Shown piece by piece: positions 38,887 through 52,503 of a DNA stretch of 64,000 nt. Below the pieces are notes generated by a model. That model was not told the origin of the DNA. It made no database searches and saw only the letters and a list, made by a program, of their open reading frames with translations. Position 1 is the first letter of the stretch. Each line of letters opens with the position of its first letter. A program made the position numbers and the translations under genes. Location of the stretch: positions 4,707-68,706 of the forward strand of contig JAWUWK010000028.1 in the NCBI GenBank assembly GCA_034111875.1. The letters run 5' to 3'. The DNA is from Gammaproteobacteria bacterium (GTDB lineage: Bacteria > Pseudomonadota > Gammaproteobacteria > Pseudomonadales > Balneatricaceae).

Positions 38887-41800
38887 ATGACCCATTCTTT
38901 CATTCATCTTCGTACCCACACAGAATATTCCGTGGTAGACGGACTCTGTCGTGTTAAAGCCTTAGTAGCGGCAGCTAAAGATGCAGGAATGCCCGCTGTC
39001 GCAGTGACTGATCATGTCAATTTATTTGCCCTCGTAAAGTTTTATAAGGCGGCGATTTCGGCGGGCATTAAGCCTATCTGTGGCGCAGATTTACTGGTTG
39101 TAGATGACGACCTTCAGCATGCACCTTTTAGTATCACCTTGTTAGCTCAAAACGCACTGGGCTATCGCAATCTTATGGAGCTAATTTCTAAGGGTTATGA
39201 GCAAGGACAGAATTTTGTACTGGATAAAGTGCTGATCAAGAAAAGTTGGTTGATCGCACAGCCCGAAGGCTTGATTGCGCTCTCTTGTGCAGGCAGAGGG
39301 GAGGTAGGCAAAGCGTTACTGGTTGATAATGTACTAGCGGAACGTTTACTTGACGGTTGGATGCAGGCATTCAATGATCGCTTTTATATAGAGTTACATC
39401 GAACGGGTCGCCCGGGTGAGAATGAAATAGTTGAAAAGAGCGTTTCGCTCGCAGCAAAAATGGGCTGCCCTGTGGTGGCTACTAACGATGTCATGTTTGT
39501 TAATTCAGCCGATTTTGATGCTCATGAAGCACGTGTTTGTATCAATCAATCGCGAGTATTGGAAGATCCCAAAAGACCAAGAGATTACAGCGATCAGCAG
39601 TATTTTAGAAGTGGCGAACAGATGTGCAAGCTGTTTTCAGATATACCTTCGGCAATTGAAAATACCCTAGTTATCGCTCAGCGTTGCAATATTGAAATCG
39701 ACTTAGGCACCTATTATCTGCCTAAATATCCGATTCCAGATGGTGTGACTATGGATGATTTTTTCCGTGATGTCTCGATAACAGGACTCGAAGAACGCCT
39801 TGCGGTTTTGCTTGATAAATTGGACCCTGAGTACGACGCGAAACGTCAAGCATATTATGAGCGCTTGGAATTTGAGTTAGAAATCACCATCCAAATGGGT
39901 TTTCCTGGTTACTTCTTGATCGTAATGGATTTCATTAAATGGGCAAAAGATAATGATATTCCGGTTGGCCCTGGGCGTGGTTCGGGTGCGGGCTCTCTGA
40001 TTGCCTACGCACAAAAAATAACTGATTTGGACCCCCTTGAATATGATTTACTGTTCGAGCGTTTCCTCAATCCAGAACGGGTTTCGATGCCTGATTTCGA
40101 TATAGATTTTTGCATGGATAACCGTGACAAAGTGATCGATTATGTCGCTAGAACTTATGGCCGTGATGCCGTATCGCAAATTGTTACTTTCGGAACTATG
40201 GCAGCCAAAGCCGTGGTACGCGATGTTGCTAGAGTCCAGGGAAAAGCCTTTGGCTTAGCGGATAAATTATCTAAATTGATTCCTTTTGAAGTGGGTATTA
40301 CGCTCAGCAAAGCGCTAGAAATTGAACCTGCGCTGGCGGCCTTTGTTAAAGGCAGCGAAGAGGCCCAGGAAATCATGGATATGGCCTTGAAGTTAGAGGG
40401 GACAGTCCGCGGCACAGGTAAGCATGCCGGTGGGGTGGTTATTGCCCCTACTAAGCTCACCGATTTTGCGGCGACATTGTGTGATGCCCAGGGACATGGC
40501 TTGGTCACGCAATTTGATAAAAACGATGTTGAAGAAGCAGGGCTCGTTAAGTTTGACTTTCTAGGCTTGCGCACTTTAACTATTATTGATTGGACGCTTA
40601 AAACCATCAATGCTAAGCGCCGAGAAAATGCTCAACCAGAACTCGATATTACATTGATAGATCTGGAAGACCAGCAGACTTTTGATATGCTAAAAACGGC
40701 TGAAACCACCGCCGTATTTCAGCTCGAATCCAGTGGTATGAAAGACCTAGTATCAAAATTATTGCCAAGTCGCTTCGAAGATATCGTTGCCTTAGTGGCC
40801 CTATTCAGGCCGGGGCCATTGCAGTCGGGCATGGTCGATGACTTTATCAACCGTAAGCATGGTCGGGCAGAAATGGCATGGCCACACGCCGATTATCAAC
40901 TCGATATTCTAAAGCCAGTGCTCGAGCCCACTTACGGAATTATTTTATATCAAGAGCAAATTATGCAAATTGCTCAAGTCATGGCGGGTTTTACCTTAGG
41001 TGGCGCAGACATGTTGCGCCGTGCGATGGGTAAGAAAAAGCCGGAAGAAATGGCAAAAATGCGCGGTGCTTTTCTCTCAGGTTGTGAACAGAGATCGATA
41101 GACCAAGGATTGGCTGGGAATATATTTGACTTAGTTGAAAAGTTTGCAGGTTATGGTTTTAACAAATCCCACTCTGCTGCTTACGCGCTGGTTTCCTATC
41201 AAACTGCCTGGTTAAAAACTCATTATCCCGCGCCTTTCATGGCTGCCGTAATGTCGGCGGATATGCAAACCACTGAAAAAGTCGTCGTGTTTGTAGAAGA
41301 GTGCCGCAAAATGGCTATTGCCCCGGCGCTACCAAGTGTTCAAACAGGTGATTATAAATTTACGGTAGATCCTGAAGGCAAAATAAATTATGGTTTAGGG
41401 GCTATAAAAGGCGTGGGGGAAGGGCCTATAGAGGCGATAATAGATGCGCGAAACACGGCCGGTAAATTCCAAGATATGTACGAATTTTGTGATCGAGTAG
41501 GGGCTAAAAAGCTCAATAAACGCGTATTAGAGGGCTTGATTCGCAGCGGTGCTATGGATGGGTTAGGTCCAACCCGCGCGGTCATGATGGCCTCAATAAG
41601 TGATGCGTTGAAAGCTGCAGATCAAAGTGACCACAACCAAAATTCTGGTATGTTTGATTTATTTGGCGCCGATGATCAGGAGCAAGCTCGAGATCCCTTC
41701 GAAGAGAATCTTGGGGTCAGAAATTGGACTGATAGAGAGCGTCTCAAGGGAGAGCTGGAAACTTTAGGTTTGTATTTAACGGGTCATCCTATTGACCAAT

Positions 41801-42375
41801 ATGAAACTGAGCTTAAGCATATTATCAGTAAAAAAATTAGCGAAGTAACACCTGCCAGAGGAGCAATCCAAAAAATAGCGGGGCTGATTGTCGATCAACG
41901 AGTGATGAAAACTAAAAAAGGTGATAATTTATGTTTCATTACTTTAGATGATCGCTCTGCGCGGATTGAAGTGACCTTGTTCGGTGATGTTTTCGAAAAG
42001 CATAGGGATACCATTAAAAAAGACACAGTGGTTATAATGGAAGGTGAAATATCCCATGATGATTACTCCGGTGGTATTAAAGTGAGAGCGAATAGGTTGT
42101 TGAGTATTGCCCAGGCGAGAGCCCAATATGCACAATCAATACAAGTGACTTGTTCAAAGCAGAGTTTTTCCGGTAGAAAAGTCACGGATATGGCTAAATT
42201 ACTGGAGCAATATAAGCAAGAATCAGGCATACAGTTGGCACTTGACTACCATATGGATGATGCCAGTGGCATAATCAATCTAGGTAGACATTGGCAGGTA
42301 GAGGCGAATGATGATTTGTTGATCGCCTTGAATGAGCTATTTGGTCAAGACGCCGCAAAACTGACTTATATTTAG
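38887..42375 (+). CDS. dnaE: DNA polymerase III alpha subunit
   Basis: Begins with the PHP domain (MTHSFIHLRTHTEYS) and is collinear along its full length. I prefer the ATG at 38887 to the TTG at 38863. Confidence 0.97.
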   Translation: MTHSFIHLRTHTEYSVVDGLCRVKALVAAAKDAGMPAVAVTDHVNLFALVKFYKAAISAGIKPICGADLLVVDDDLQHAPFSITLLAQNALGYRNLMELISKGYEQGQNFVLDKVLIKKSWLIAQPEGLIALSCAGRGEVGKALLVDNVLAERLLDGWMQAFNDRFYIELHRTGRPGENEIVEKSVSLAAKMGCPVVATNDVMFVNSADFDAHEARVCINQSRVLEDPKRPRDYSDQQYFRSGEQMCKLFSDIPSAIENTLVIAQRCNIEIDLGTYYLPKYPIPDGVTMDDFFRDVSITGLEERLAVLLDKLDPEYDAKRQAYYERLEFELEITIQMGFPGYFLIVMDFIKWAKDNDIPVGPGRGSGAGSLIAYAQKITDLDPLEYDLLFERFLNPERVSMPDFDIDFCMDNRDKVIDYVARTYGRDAVSQIVTFGTMAAKAVVRDVARVQGKAFGLADKLSKLIPFEVGITLSKALEIEPALAAFVKGSEEAQEIMDMALKLEGTVRGTGKHAGGVVIAPTKLTDFAATLCDAQGHGLVTQFDKNDVEEAGLVKFDFLGLRTLTIIDWTLKTINAKRRENAQPELDITLIDLEDQQTFDMLKTAETTAVFQLESSGMKDLVSKLLPSRFEDIVALVALFRPGPLQSGMVDDFINRKHGRAEMAWPHADYQLDILKPVLEPTYGIILYQEQIMQIAQVMAGFTLGGADMLRRAMGKKKPEEMAKMRGAFLSGCEQRSIDQGLAGNIFDLVEKFAGYGFNKSHSAAYALVSYQTAWLKTHYPAPFMAAVMSADMQTTEKVVVFVEECRKMAIAPALPSVQTGDYKFTVDPEGKINYGLGAIKGVGEGPIEAIIDARNTAGKFQDMYEFCDRVGAKKLNKRVLEGLIRSGAMDGLGPTRAVMMASISDALKAADQSDHNQNSGMFDLFGADDQEQARDPFEENLGVRNWTDRERLKGELETLGLYLTGHPIDQYETELKHIISKKISEVTPARGAIQKIAGLIVDQRVMKTKKGDNLCFITLDDRSARIEVTLFGDVFEKHRDTIKKDTVVIMEGEISHDDYSGGIKVRANRLLSIAQARAQYAQSIQVTCSKQSFSGRKVTDMAKLLEQYKQESGIQLALDYHMDDASGIINLGRHWQVEANDDLLIALNELFGQDAAKLTYI

Positions 42376-42536
42376 CGGCCTAAGCTAGATGCTTCAGATG
42401 ATTTTTTCTAATTAAAACATGGTATTATGTGCGGTTATCTAATTTAAAGCTGAATTTTTCAGCTTTAGCTAGTTATCTGCTTAACAGAGCGGTAATATTG
42501 ACCGTTAATTTGGTATTAAGAGCGGAATAAAAGCAG

Positions 42537-43493
42537 ATGAATCCTAACTATTTAGAGTTTGAGCAACCCATCGCTAAACTGGAAACAAAAATTGAAGAGT
42601 TAAGACTAGTTGGTGAGAACACTGAAATCAACATAGCCAATGAACTGGCTAATTTAGAAGAAAAGAGCAAGGCTTTAACTAAAAAAATATTTAATGACTT
42701 ATCTGCTTGGCAAGTCCAGCAGATCGCGCGACACCCGCTGCGGCCCTACACGTTAGATTATATCAACTATCTACTCGATGACTTCGAAGAAATCCACGGT
42801 GATCGGCACTATGCCGATGATGCCGCACTGGTTTGCGGTATGGCTAAGTTATCGGGCAGACCAGTCGTCGTTATCGGCCATCAAAAAGGCCGTGATATTA
42901 AAGAAAAAGTTAAGCGTAACTTTGGTATGCCAAGACCTGAGGGTTATCGAAAGGCATTGCGTGTGATGGAAATGGCTGAGCGTTTTAAAATGCCAATCAT
43001 TACCTTTATTGACACTCCTGGCGCCTATCCGGGAATTGGGGCTGAAGAGCGTGGCCAAAGTGAAGCCATTGCTTTCAACTTGGCGAAAATGTCACACTTG
43101 AAAACACCTATTATCTCTACCGTGATAGGAGAAGGTGGTTCCGGTGGGGCCCTCGCGGTTGGTGTATGCGATACGTTAATGATGTTGCAATATTCTACTT
43201 ACTCGGTTATCTCTCCTGAAGGCTGCGCTTCTATTCTATGGAAAAGTGCCGACAAAGCCTCAGAAGCTGCCAAAGTGATGGGCGTGACTTCAGATCGCCT
43301 GCTAGAGCTAGGTTTGGTGGATAAAGTGATCGCAGAACCATTAGGCGGGGCGCACCGTAACCCAGTCGAATTGGCAAATAATTTGCGTACTGAACTAATC
43401 AAGGCTTTAAATGCCCTCGAGAACTTGTCTGATGACGCGTTGCTAGAACAGAGATATGAACGTCTTATGTCCTATGGTTTAAACGCCGATTAA
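42537..43493 (+). CDS. accA: Acetyl-CoA carboxylase carboxyltransferase alpha subunit
   Basis: 318 aa with [23 protein letters not shown] and [10 protein letters not shown]. Confidence 0.97.
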   Translation: MNPNYLEFEQPIAKLETKIEELRLVGENTEINIANELANLEEKSKALTKKIFNDLSAWQVQQIARHPLRPYTLDYINYLLDDFEEIHGDRHYADDAALVCGMAKLSGRPVVVIGHQKGRDIKEKVKRNFGMPRPEGYRKALRVMEMAERFKMPIITFIDTPGAYPGIGAEERGQSEAIAFNLAKMSHLKTPIISTVIGEGGSGGALAVGVCDTLMMLQYSTYSVISPEGCASILWKSADKASEAAKVMGVTSDRLLELGLVDKVIAEPLGGAHRNPVELANNLRTELIKALNALENLSDDALLEQRYERLMSYGLNAD

Positions 43494-43504
43494 GAGCTAA
43501 CTAA

Positions 43505-44860
43505 ATGCAAGTCAGCCAGCTTTTTTTTCAGCAGTGTCAGGCTGCTCATCGTCAGTCAGCTGTTAAACGATGGGTGATAGCCCTCAGCGGTGGTTTAGAT
43601 TCAATGGTTACTCTGGACCTGGCGAAACGCATGTTAGCCGCCGAGGTAGCTTTTGATTCTATTGATCTCGTTGAGACTTTTAAGCCAGTTCAAACTATTG
43701 ACCCGGTTGAGTCTACTGAAATAGTCGCGCTACATGTAAATCATCAGCAACAAAACTCAGCCAACCAATGGCAAGCATTTTGTCAAGCGCAATGCGATCA
43801 GCGCGATGTGGCTTTTTTTCCTTTTACCCTCTCTCCTTTAGGCCACTCAGAAAAAATACTCCGGGATGCGCGTTACGCGTGTTTCTCAACGTTTTTAGAG
43901 GCCGGTGATTGTCTGTTGTTAGGTCATCATGCCAACGATCAAGTCGAAACGTTACTGTTTAGATTAATTCGTGGTGCGGGTGCTAAAGGTTTGTCTGGTA
44001 TGCCCTTGATGCGAGATATTGCCAATGGACGTTTGCTTAGACCGCTGTTGACAGCAACAAAAAATAATTTGTTGGACTATGCTGTGCAAGCACAGTTGGA
44101 GTGGGTGGATGATCCGAGTAATCAATCGACAGATTATGATAGAAATTTTATTCGTCATCAAGTGTTGGCGCCTTTAGTAGAACACTGGCCTAAAGCCTGC
44201 GAGCAAATTAGCTTATCGTCACAATTGCTGACTCAAGAGCAGCAAGTGTTATCTGAATATTTAATGGCTGATGTAGCGAAAATAAGCACTGAGCACTACC
44301 TTGATCTAGGCGCTTGGAAACGGATTCGAGAACCTAAAGCAACCGCATTGTTGCGCCATTGGTTAAGCAGTTTGATTGGCAGAGTGATTACCCGCAAAGA
44401 GCAGCAACGTATTATATATGAAGTGATAGATAGTCGAATTGATAGTCGAGCATACTGTCAATTGGGAGAGTATCAGCTCAGACGTTTCAAACAGCAACTG
44501 TATCTCTTTAAACTTCAGCAATCTGAGCCTTGGCCAGAATTGCAAAGTAAACAGCATCAATATTCACTACTCCAAGGTTGCCTCAAATTGCTTCCAAGTG
44601 AGCGGGGTGTCAGTTTTATTGAGGGTATGTATTTGCAAAATAGAGTTGATGGCATGTGGGTTACCCCAGTTAATCGACCCCGTAAAAAATTAAAAAAAAT
44701 TTTCCAGGAACACAATATACCGCCTTGGCAAAGAGATAATTGGCCGCTGCTGATGTACCGAGATGAAATTGTAGCGATTCCCGGTGTATGTATTTGTGAA
44801 GGTTGGTTTCAAAAAACGCGAAATAAAGCTAATTTTTATTTAGATTGGCAACCATTGTGA
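43505..44860 (+). CDS. tilS: tRNA(Ile)-lysidine synthase
   Basis: Has the PP-loop ALSGGLDS and the HHANDQVETLLFRLIRG, DPSN and YDRNFIR motifs. About 20 extra residues lie between the PP-loop helix and the HVNH strand relative to E. coli. Confidence 0.9.
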   Translation: MQVSQLFFQQCQAAHRQSAVKRWVIALSGGLDSMVTLDLAKRMLAAEVAFDSIDLVETFKPVQTIDPVESTEIVALHVNHQQQNSANQWQAFCQAQCDQRDVAFFPFTLSPLGHSEKILRDARYACFSTFLEAGDCLLLGHHANDQVETLLFRLIRGAGAKGLSGMPLMRDIANGRLLRPLLTATKNNLLDYAVQAQLEWVDDPSNQSTDYDRNFIRHQVLAPLVEHWPKACEQISLSSQLLTQEQQVLSEYLMADVAKISTEHYLDLGAWKRIREPKATALLRHWLSSLIGRVITRKEQQRIIYEVIDSRIDSRAYCQLGEYQLRRFKQQLYLFKLQQSEPWPELQSKQHQYSLLQGCLKLLPSERGVSFIEGMYLQNRVDGMWVTPVNRPRKKLKKIFQEHNIPPWQRDNWPLLMYRDEIVAIPGVCICEGWFQKTRNKANFYLDWQPL

Positions 44861-44886
44861 TTGAGGAATAATCTGTATTTTGATAA

Positions 44887-46584
<1,698 letters not shown>

Positions 46585-46599
46585 TATCCATTGTAAAAT

Positions 46600-46629
46600 A
46601 AAGGAGCTATAGGCTTCTTTATTTTTTTT
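46600..46629 (+). terminator. Rho-independent terminator after pyrG
   Basis: aaaggagc-tatag-gcttcttt form an 8-bp stem with one G-U pair, followed by a(t)8. Confidence 0.55.
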
Positions 46630-46860
46630 GAAAGACCAATGAGTCAATATTTATACTTAGGCCAATACCTTATTATTAGACCTGAATCAGGTTAGAGTAA
46701 TCAATAAGATGCCAAAGAGCTTCTATTAATAGGATGATCGGCGAATTAGCTTGCCGATTAGTCGCGCATTGCGCCTCTGGATGATGCCAAGCAGACAAGT
46801 AAAACGCACAGAGATAAATCTAATTTTTAACCGCCTAAAGAGCAGTTAACCAAGGAGTAA

Positions 46861-48162
<1,302 letters not shown>

Positions 48163-48445
48163 ACTAGAGTGTGAAATGGCCAATGTCTTGCTCGCTGATT
48201 CAGGTCAATAGACAGCCTTAATTCGCCTAGATACTTAGGGAGCTTATGCTCCGTTTTATTGGTTTTTACACTTTAAAGGCTTTACATTTAAAGCCTGTTG
48301 AACCTATCCTTAATCTAGTGTGAGATATCAGATTGTTGCATAAAAAGATCGAAAAACAGGTTTAAATATCATTTCACTCGCTGCTATCGTGCAAGTCTGA
48401 CAGCCTCCTAGCGCGAGGTGAAATAAATTGTTTATTGGTAATGAA

Positions 48446-48727
48446 ATGTATCGAGTTTTACTCTTATCCCTGTTAACTTTACTTGGATTATTGCAGTACC
48501 GCATGTGGTTTGGCGAAGCTAATTTAATTGAGCTCGCTTCACTGCGCCAAGCCATTGAACTGCAAAGTACTCACAATGACAAACTACTGTTACGCAATCA
48601 CCAGCTGGAAGCCGAGGTAAAAGATTTGCGTCAAGGCTTAAGTGCTATTGAAGAGCGTGCGAGAAGTGAACTGGGGATGGTGAAACCTGATGAAACTTTC
48701 TACCAACTAATCGATACCACAAAATAA
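48446..48727 (+). CDS. ftsB: Cell division protein FtsB
   Basis: One TM segment followed by LQYRMWFGE (compare E. coli LQYSLWFG), then a coiled coil and ERARSELGMVKPDETFY. I prefer the ATG at 48446 to the TTG at 48428. Confidence 0.9.
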   Translation: MYRVLLLSLLTLLGLLQYRMWFGEANLIELASLRQAIELQSTHNDKLLLRNHQLEAEVKDLRQGLSAIEERARSELGMVKPDETFYQLIDTTK

Positions 48728-48758
48728 AATGTTTTTAGTGTGATGCAAAAAGGGCAAT

Positions 48759-49796
48759 ATGCAGGATTATCCAACTAACTATCAGTACTTATACGCGAAG
48801 CCCACTTGCAGCGCCGCTATTAGAGTTTGTAATGAAGATTTTCAAGTGACTGAAATACCGGCTTTTGAACCAGATGGAGAAGGTGAGCATTGGTATTTCA
48901 ACATACGCAAGAATGGTGAAAATACGGATTGGGTAGCAAAACAATTAGCCAGTTTTTTCGATGTATCCACTAAAGAAATAGGCTACGCAGGTAAAAAAGA
49001 TCGGCATGCAATTACACAACAGTGGTTCAGTGTTTGTCTTCCAGGGATAATGGACATCAGCGTTGAAAATTTCAATACAGAGAGCATTAAAATACTAGAA
49101 ATACGCAAACACAGCAGAAAGCTTAGACTGGGAGCGCTAAAAGGCAATAGATTTAGCATTGTTCTGAAAAATGTTAGCGATGATAAGTACTTTGCACAAC
49201 GGTTAAGCCTAGTCGAAAAGGGTGTACCTAACTATTTTGGTGAACAGCGTTTTGGTATCGCAGGGGGGAATTTAAGTCGCGGTATCGCCATGCTCAAAGA
49301 ACAGTTCAAAGAAAAAAATCGGAGTAAAAGAGGTCTGTATATTTCTGCCGTGCGCTCTTGGTTTTTTAATTATGTATTATCTCATCGGCTATCCCAAAAT
49401 CGCTGGCAACAGATTATGCCAGGAGATGTGGTCATGTTAGAGGGAACTAATAGCCATTTCGTGGCGGATGATCTGATACAAATTCATCGGCGGATGTTAC
49501 AGGGTGATCTCCATTTAACGGGTCCCATGTGGGGTCGCGGCAGATCTGTTACACAAAGTGATGCGTTAGATTGGGAGTTGGGTTTACTCGACCCCTATAG
49601 AGAAATTACTCAGTGCTTGGAATCTATAGGTTTAAAGCAAGAGCGGCGTTCAATTCGCATTATACCAGGTGATTTACAAGCACAGTGCAATGCTCCAGGC
49701 ATTTGGAAAATTTCTTTTGATTTACCTCCAGGTAGTTTTGCAACGAGTGTTTTAAGAGAGTTATGTGATTATAACAACGCGAGTGCCAAAACATGA
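48759..49796 (+). CDS. truD: tRNA pseudouridine(13) synthase
   Basis: Has FEPDGEGEH, the catalytic-Asp motif GYAGKKDRHAITQQW and NYFGEQRFG. Confidence 0.95.
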   Translation: MQDYPTNYQYLYAKPTCSAAIRVCNEDFQVTEIPAFEPDGEGEHWYFNIRKNGENTDWVAKQLASFFDVSTKEIGYAGKKDRHAITQQWFSVCLPGIMDISVENFNTESIKILEIRKHSRKLRLGALKGNRFSIVLKNVSDDKYFAQRLSLVEKGVPNYFGEQRFGIAGGNLSRGIAMLKEQFKEKNRSKRGLYISAVRSWFFNYVLSHRLSQNRWQQIMPGDVVMLEGTNSHFVADDLIQIHRRMLQGDLHLTGPMWGRGRSVTQSDALDWELGLLDPYREITQCLESIGLKQERRSIRIIPGDLQAQCNAPGIWKISFDLPPGSFATSVLRELCDYNNASAKT

Positions 49797-50542
49797 TGCA
49801 AATATTAGTATCCAATGATGATGGTGTTAAGGCTCCGGGCATTATTATACTCGCAGAATATTTGAAAACGGTGGCTAAAGTCCAAGTGATAGCACCAGAT
49901 CGCAATCGATCAGCGGCAAGTAATGCACTAACATTAAATAAGCCTTTAAGTTCTTACCAGCATAGAAGTGGTTTTATTAGTATAGATGGCACCCCAACCG
50001 ATTGTGTAAACTTGGGGGTTGCAGGCACATTCGGGATAGTACCTGAAGTGGTTGTTTCTGGAATCAATGCAGGGGCAAACTTAGGCGACGATGTGCTCTA
50101 TTCTGGAACAGTTGCGGCTGCAATGGAAGGCAGAACATTAGGTTTGCCTGGGATAGCCATCTCTATGGCCAACACGCATCCTGAACATTATAAAACAGGT
50201 GCCATAATAGCCAAAGATTTAGTCAATAAGCTTAAATCATTAAAAGTTGCCCCAAGAACCGTCTTAAATGTAAATGTGCCAGATTTACCTATTGAACAGA
50301 TAAAAGGGATACATGTGACGAGACTCGGTCACCGATCCGTATCACAATTGCCTGTAGAATGCATAGATCCTCGCGGCGTTGTTAAACATTGGATTGCGGG
50401 CGTTGGCACTGCTATTGATAATGGCCCGGGAACCGATTTTTATGCGATTGAACAAGGCTATGTCTCAATTACTCCAGTGCACTTTGATATGACGCATTAT
50501 GCTCAAATGAATAATGTAGAAGAATGGTTGGAGAGTGATTAG
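49793..50542 (+). CDS. surE: 5'/3'-nucleotidase SurE
   Basis: Begins ILVSNDDGV.APG. An ATGA overlap with truD suggests coupling. Confidence 0.96.
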   Translation: MMQILVSNDDGVKAPGIIILAEYLKTVAKVQVIAPDRNRSAASNALTLNKPLSSYQHRSGFISIDGTPTDCVNLGVAGTFGIVPEVVVSGINAGANLGDDVLYSGTVAAAMEGRTLGLPGIAISMANTHPEHYKTGAIIAKDLVNKLKSLKVAPRTVLNVNVPDLPIEQIKGIHVTRLGHRSVSQLPVECIDPRGVVKHWIAGVGTAIDNGPGTDFYAIEQGYVSITPVHFDMTHYAQMNNVEEWLESD

Positions 50543-50574
50543 TGGCTGAGCAATTTGATTTGCGCGGCAGTGGC

Positions 50575-51213
50575 ATGACGTCGCAAAGAGCGAGAGATAG
50601 GTTAGTAGACAGTTTAAAAGCGCAGGGAATTAATTCTGTCGCGGTATTGAATGCTATCAAAAATACTCCGAGACATATTTTTATTGACGAGGCATTAGCC
50701 CACGGTGCCTATCAAAACAATGCATTACCGATAGGCTATAATCAAACGATATCCCAGCCCTACATCGTCGCCAAAATGACCGAGTTACTGTTAGCTAAGA
50801 AGCCTTTAACTAAGGTTTTGGAAGTAGGTACGGGTTCAGGCTATCAAACGGCCATACTTTCTCAATTAGTCGAAAGCGTCATCTCTGTAGAGCGAATTAA
50901 GCCTCTACAAGATAAAGCTAAACTCAGATTGCAAGCCCTCCACGCCAATAATGTTATCTTGCAGCATACCGATGGAGGCATGGGGTTAGCAGAATATGCA
51001 CCTTATGATGCTATTTTAGTAACCGCGGCCCCAGATGAAGTACCGGCAGAGCTTTTAGAGCAATTAGCGGTTGGAGGGACTTTAGTTATACCGGTTGGCG
51101 GTACTCAAAATCAACAATTGAAAGTGATTAATAAAAAAGCGCAGAAACACTTTGAAACAAAAGTGGTTGAAGGGGTTAATTTTGTGCCTTTATTAGCGGG
51201 GGTTATCAGTTAG
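50575..51213 (+). CDS. pcm: Protein-L-isoaspartate O-methyltransferase
   Basis: MTSQRARDRLV... matches pseudomonad Pcm N-termini. It also has QTISQPYIVA and the SAM motif VLEVGTGSGYQ. An alternative GTG start at 50542 overlaps the surE stop. Confidence 0.93.
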   Translation: MTSQRARDRLVDSLKAQGINSVAVLNAIKNTPRHIFIDEALAHGAYQNNALPIGYNQTISQPYIVAKMTELLLAKKPLTKVLEVGTGSGYQTAILSQLVESVISVERIKPLQDKAKLRLQALHANNVILQHTDGGMGLAEYAPYDAILVTAAPDEVPAELLEQLAVGGTLVIPVGGTQNQQLKVINKKAQKHFETKVVEGVNFVPLLAGVIS

Positions 51214-51413
51214 CAGTGCGGGTCCTGTTGAACTTAGTTATTAAGTTTATACCGCTATTCGTTAGGGTCATAAAACGCTTTCAATTAATCGCAAACACTT
51301 GTCACTCTCCAATGTAATGAAGTCTAGAGAGAGTTAAATGAATATCGGCTACCTTAGGTAATACGAGCGTTACATAGCTTGTATAATACATTTGATTGAT
51401 AGTAGAGGTTTTT

Positions 51414-52337
51414 TTGAAACGCACTCACAAAGATTATTTTACGCTCTTCCTTAAAGGCACTATGATGGGAGCTGCGGATGCGGTTCCGGGAGTTTCGGGA
51501 GGTACTGTGGCTTTTATCAGCGGTATTTATCAGGAGCTTATTCAAACCTTGAGTAAGTTGGGTCCTCAGGCATTGCAGGTTTTATTTAAACAGGGATTGA
51601 GTGCATTTTGGTTATATATCAATGGCAATTTCCTGAGTACTTTGTTGTCAGGTATGCTTTGTAGTATTGCACTATTATCTAATCTAGTGCTTTATCTTCT
51701 CGCACAGTACCCGCAAATGATCTGGGGCTTTTTCTTCGGTTTGATTTGTGCCTCAACCATCGTCCTAGCCAAAAGTATTGATAGTTGGAATATATCAAGC
51801 ATTAGCGTTTTTGTAGTAGGTGGTATAACTTCCTACTTACTGACAACCATTACTGCATCCGTGTTAGAGCCTAATTTTCTCAACGTATTTTTCGCAGGCA
51901 TGTTGGCTATTTGCGCGATGATATTACCTGGTATATCGGGGTCGTTCATTTTATTATTATTGGGCATGTACAGTTATATACTGTCTGCTATTCAACGTTT
52001 TGATGTCCTCATCTTAATGGTGTTTGTCGCTGGCTGCGTCGCCGGGTTACTGTGTTTTTCAAAACTATTGAATTGCTTGTTTGATCGTTTTAAAAATATT
52101 ACGATGGCACTATTAACCGGTATTCTGCTAGGTTCATTAAACAAAGTGTGGCCATGGAAAGAAACTCTGACAACGCGGATTAACAGCAACGGTGAACAAG
52201 TAGCGGATCAACAGCAAAATATATCGCCATTTATTTACCAACAAATGACAGGGTCGGATAGTTATGTTCTGTCGGCTTGTGTGTTTGCTCTCGTCGGTGC
52301 TGGATTAGTGTTGATATTAGAAAAAGTTAATCGCTAA
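51414..52337 (+). CDS. DUF368 family membrane protein (PopT-like candidate polyprenyl-phosphate transporter)
   Basis: A polytopic membrane protein with the duplicated DUF368 signature (GAADAVPGVSGGT... and ...LPGISGSF). I prefer the TTG at 51414, which is preceded by GAGG, but the start is uncertain (the track gives 51396). Confidence 0.75.
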   Translation: MKRTHKDYFTLFLKGTMMGAADAVPGVSGGTVAFISGIYQELIQTLSKLGPQALQVLFKQGLSAFWLYINGNFLSTLLSGMLCSIALLSNLVLYLLAQYPQMIWGFFFGLICASTIVLAKSIDSWNISSISVFVVGGITSYLLTTITASVLEPNFLNVFFAGMLAICAMILPGISGSFILLLLGMYSYILSAIQRFDVLILMVFVAGCVAGLLCFSKLLNCLFDRFKNITMALLTGILLGSLNKVWPWKETLTTRINSNGEQVADQQQNISPFIYQQMTGSDSYVLSACVFALVGAGLVLILEKVNR

Positions 52338-52503
52338 AGATTTCAACGGGTATTTTAACGTTGGCTGGTCAGTTCTAAAAAATAGCATTCACAGGTGAAT
52401 AAACTATCCAACAACATGACTTGAATTGTTAGACGAAGATTGAAATTATTTAAATGCCGTATAAATGTGCCAGTAACGCTTGGGGATCGCTATAAAAATA
52501 TTA

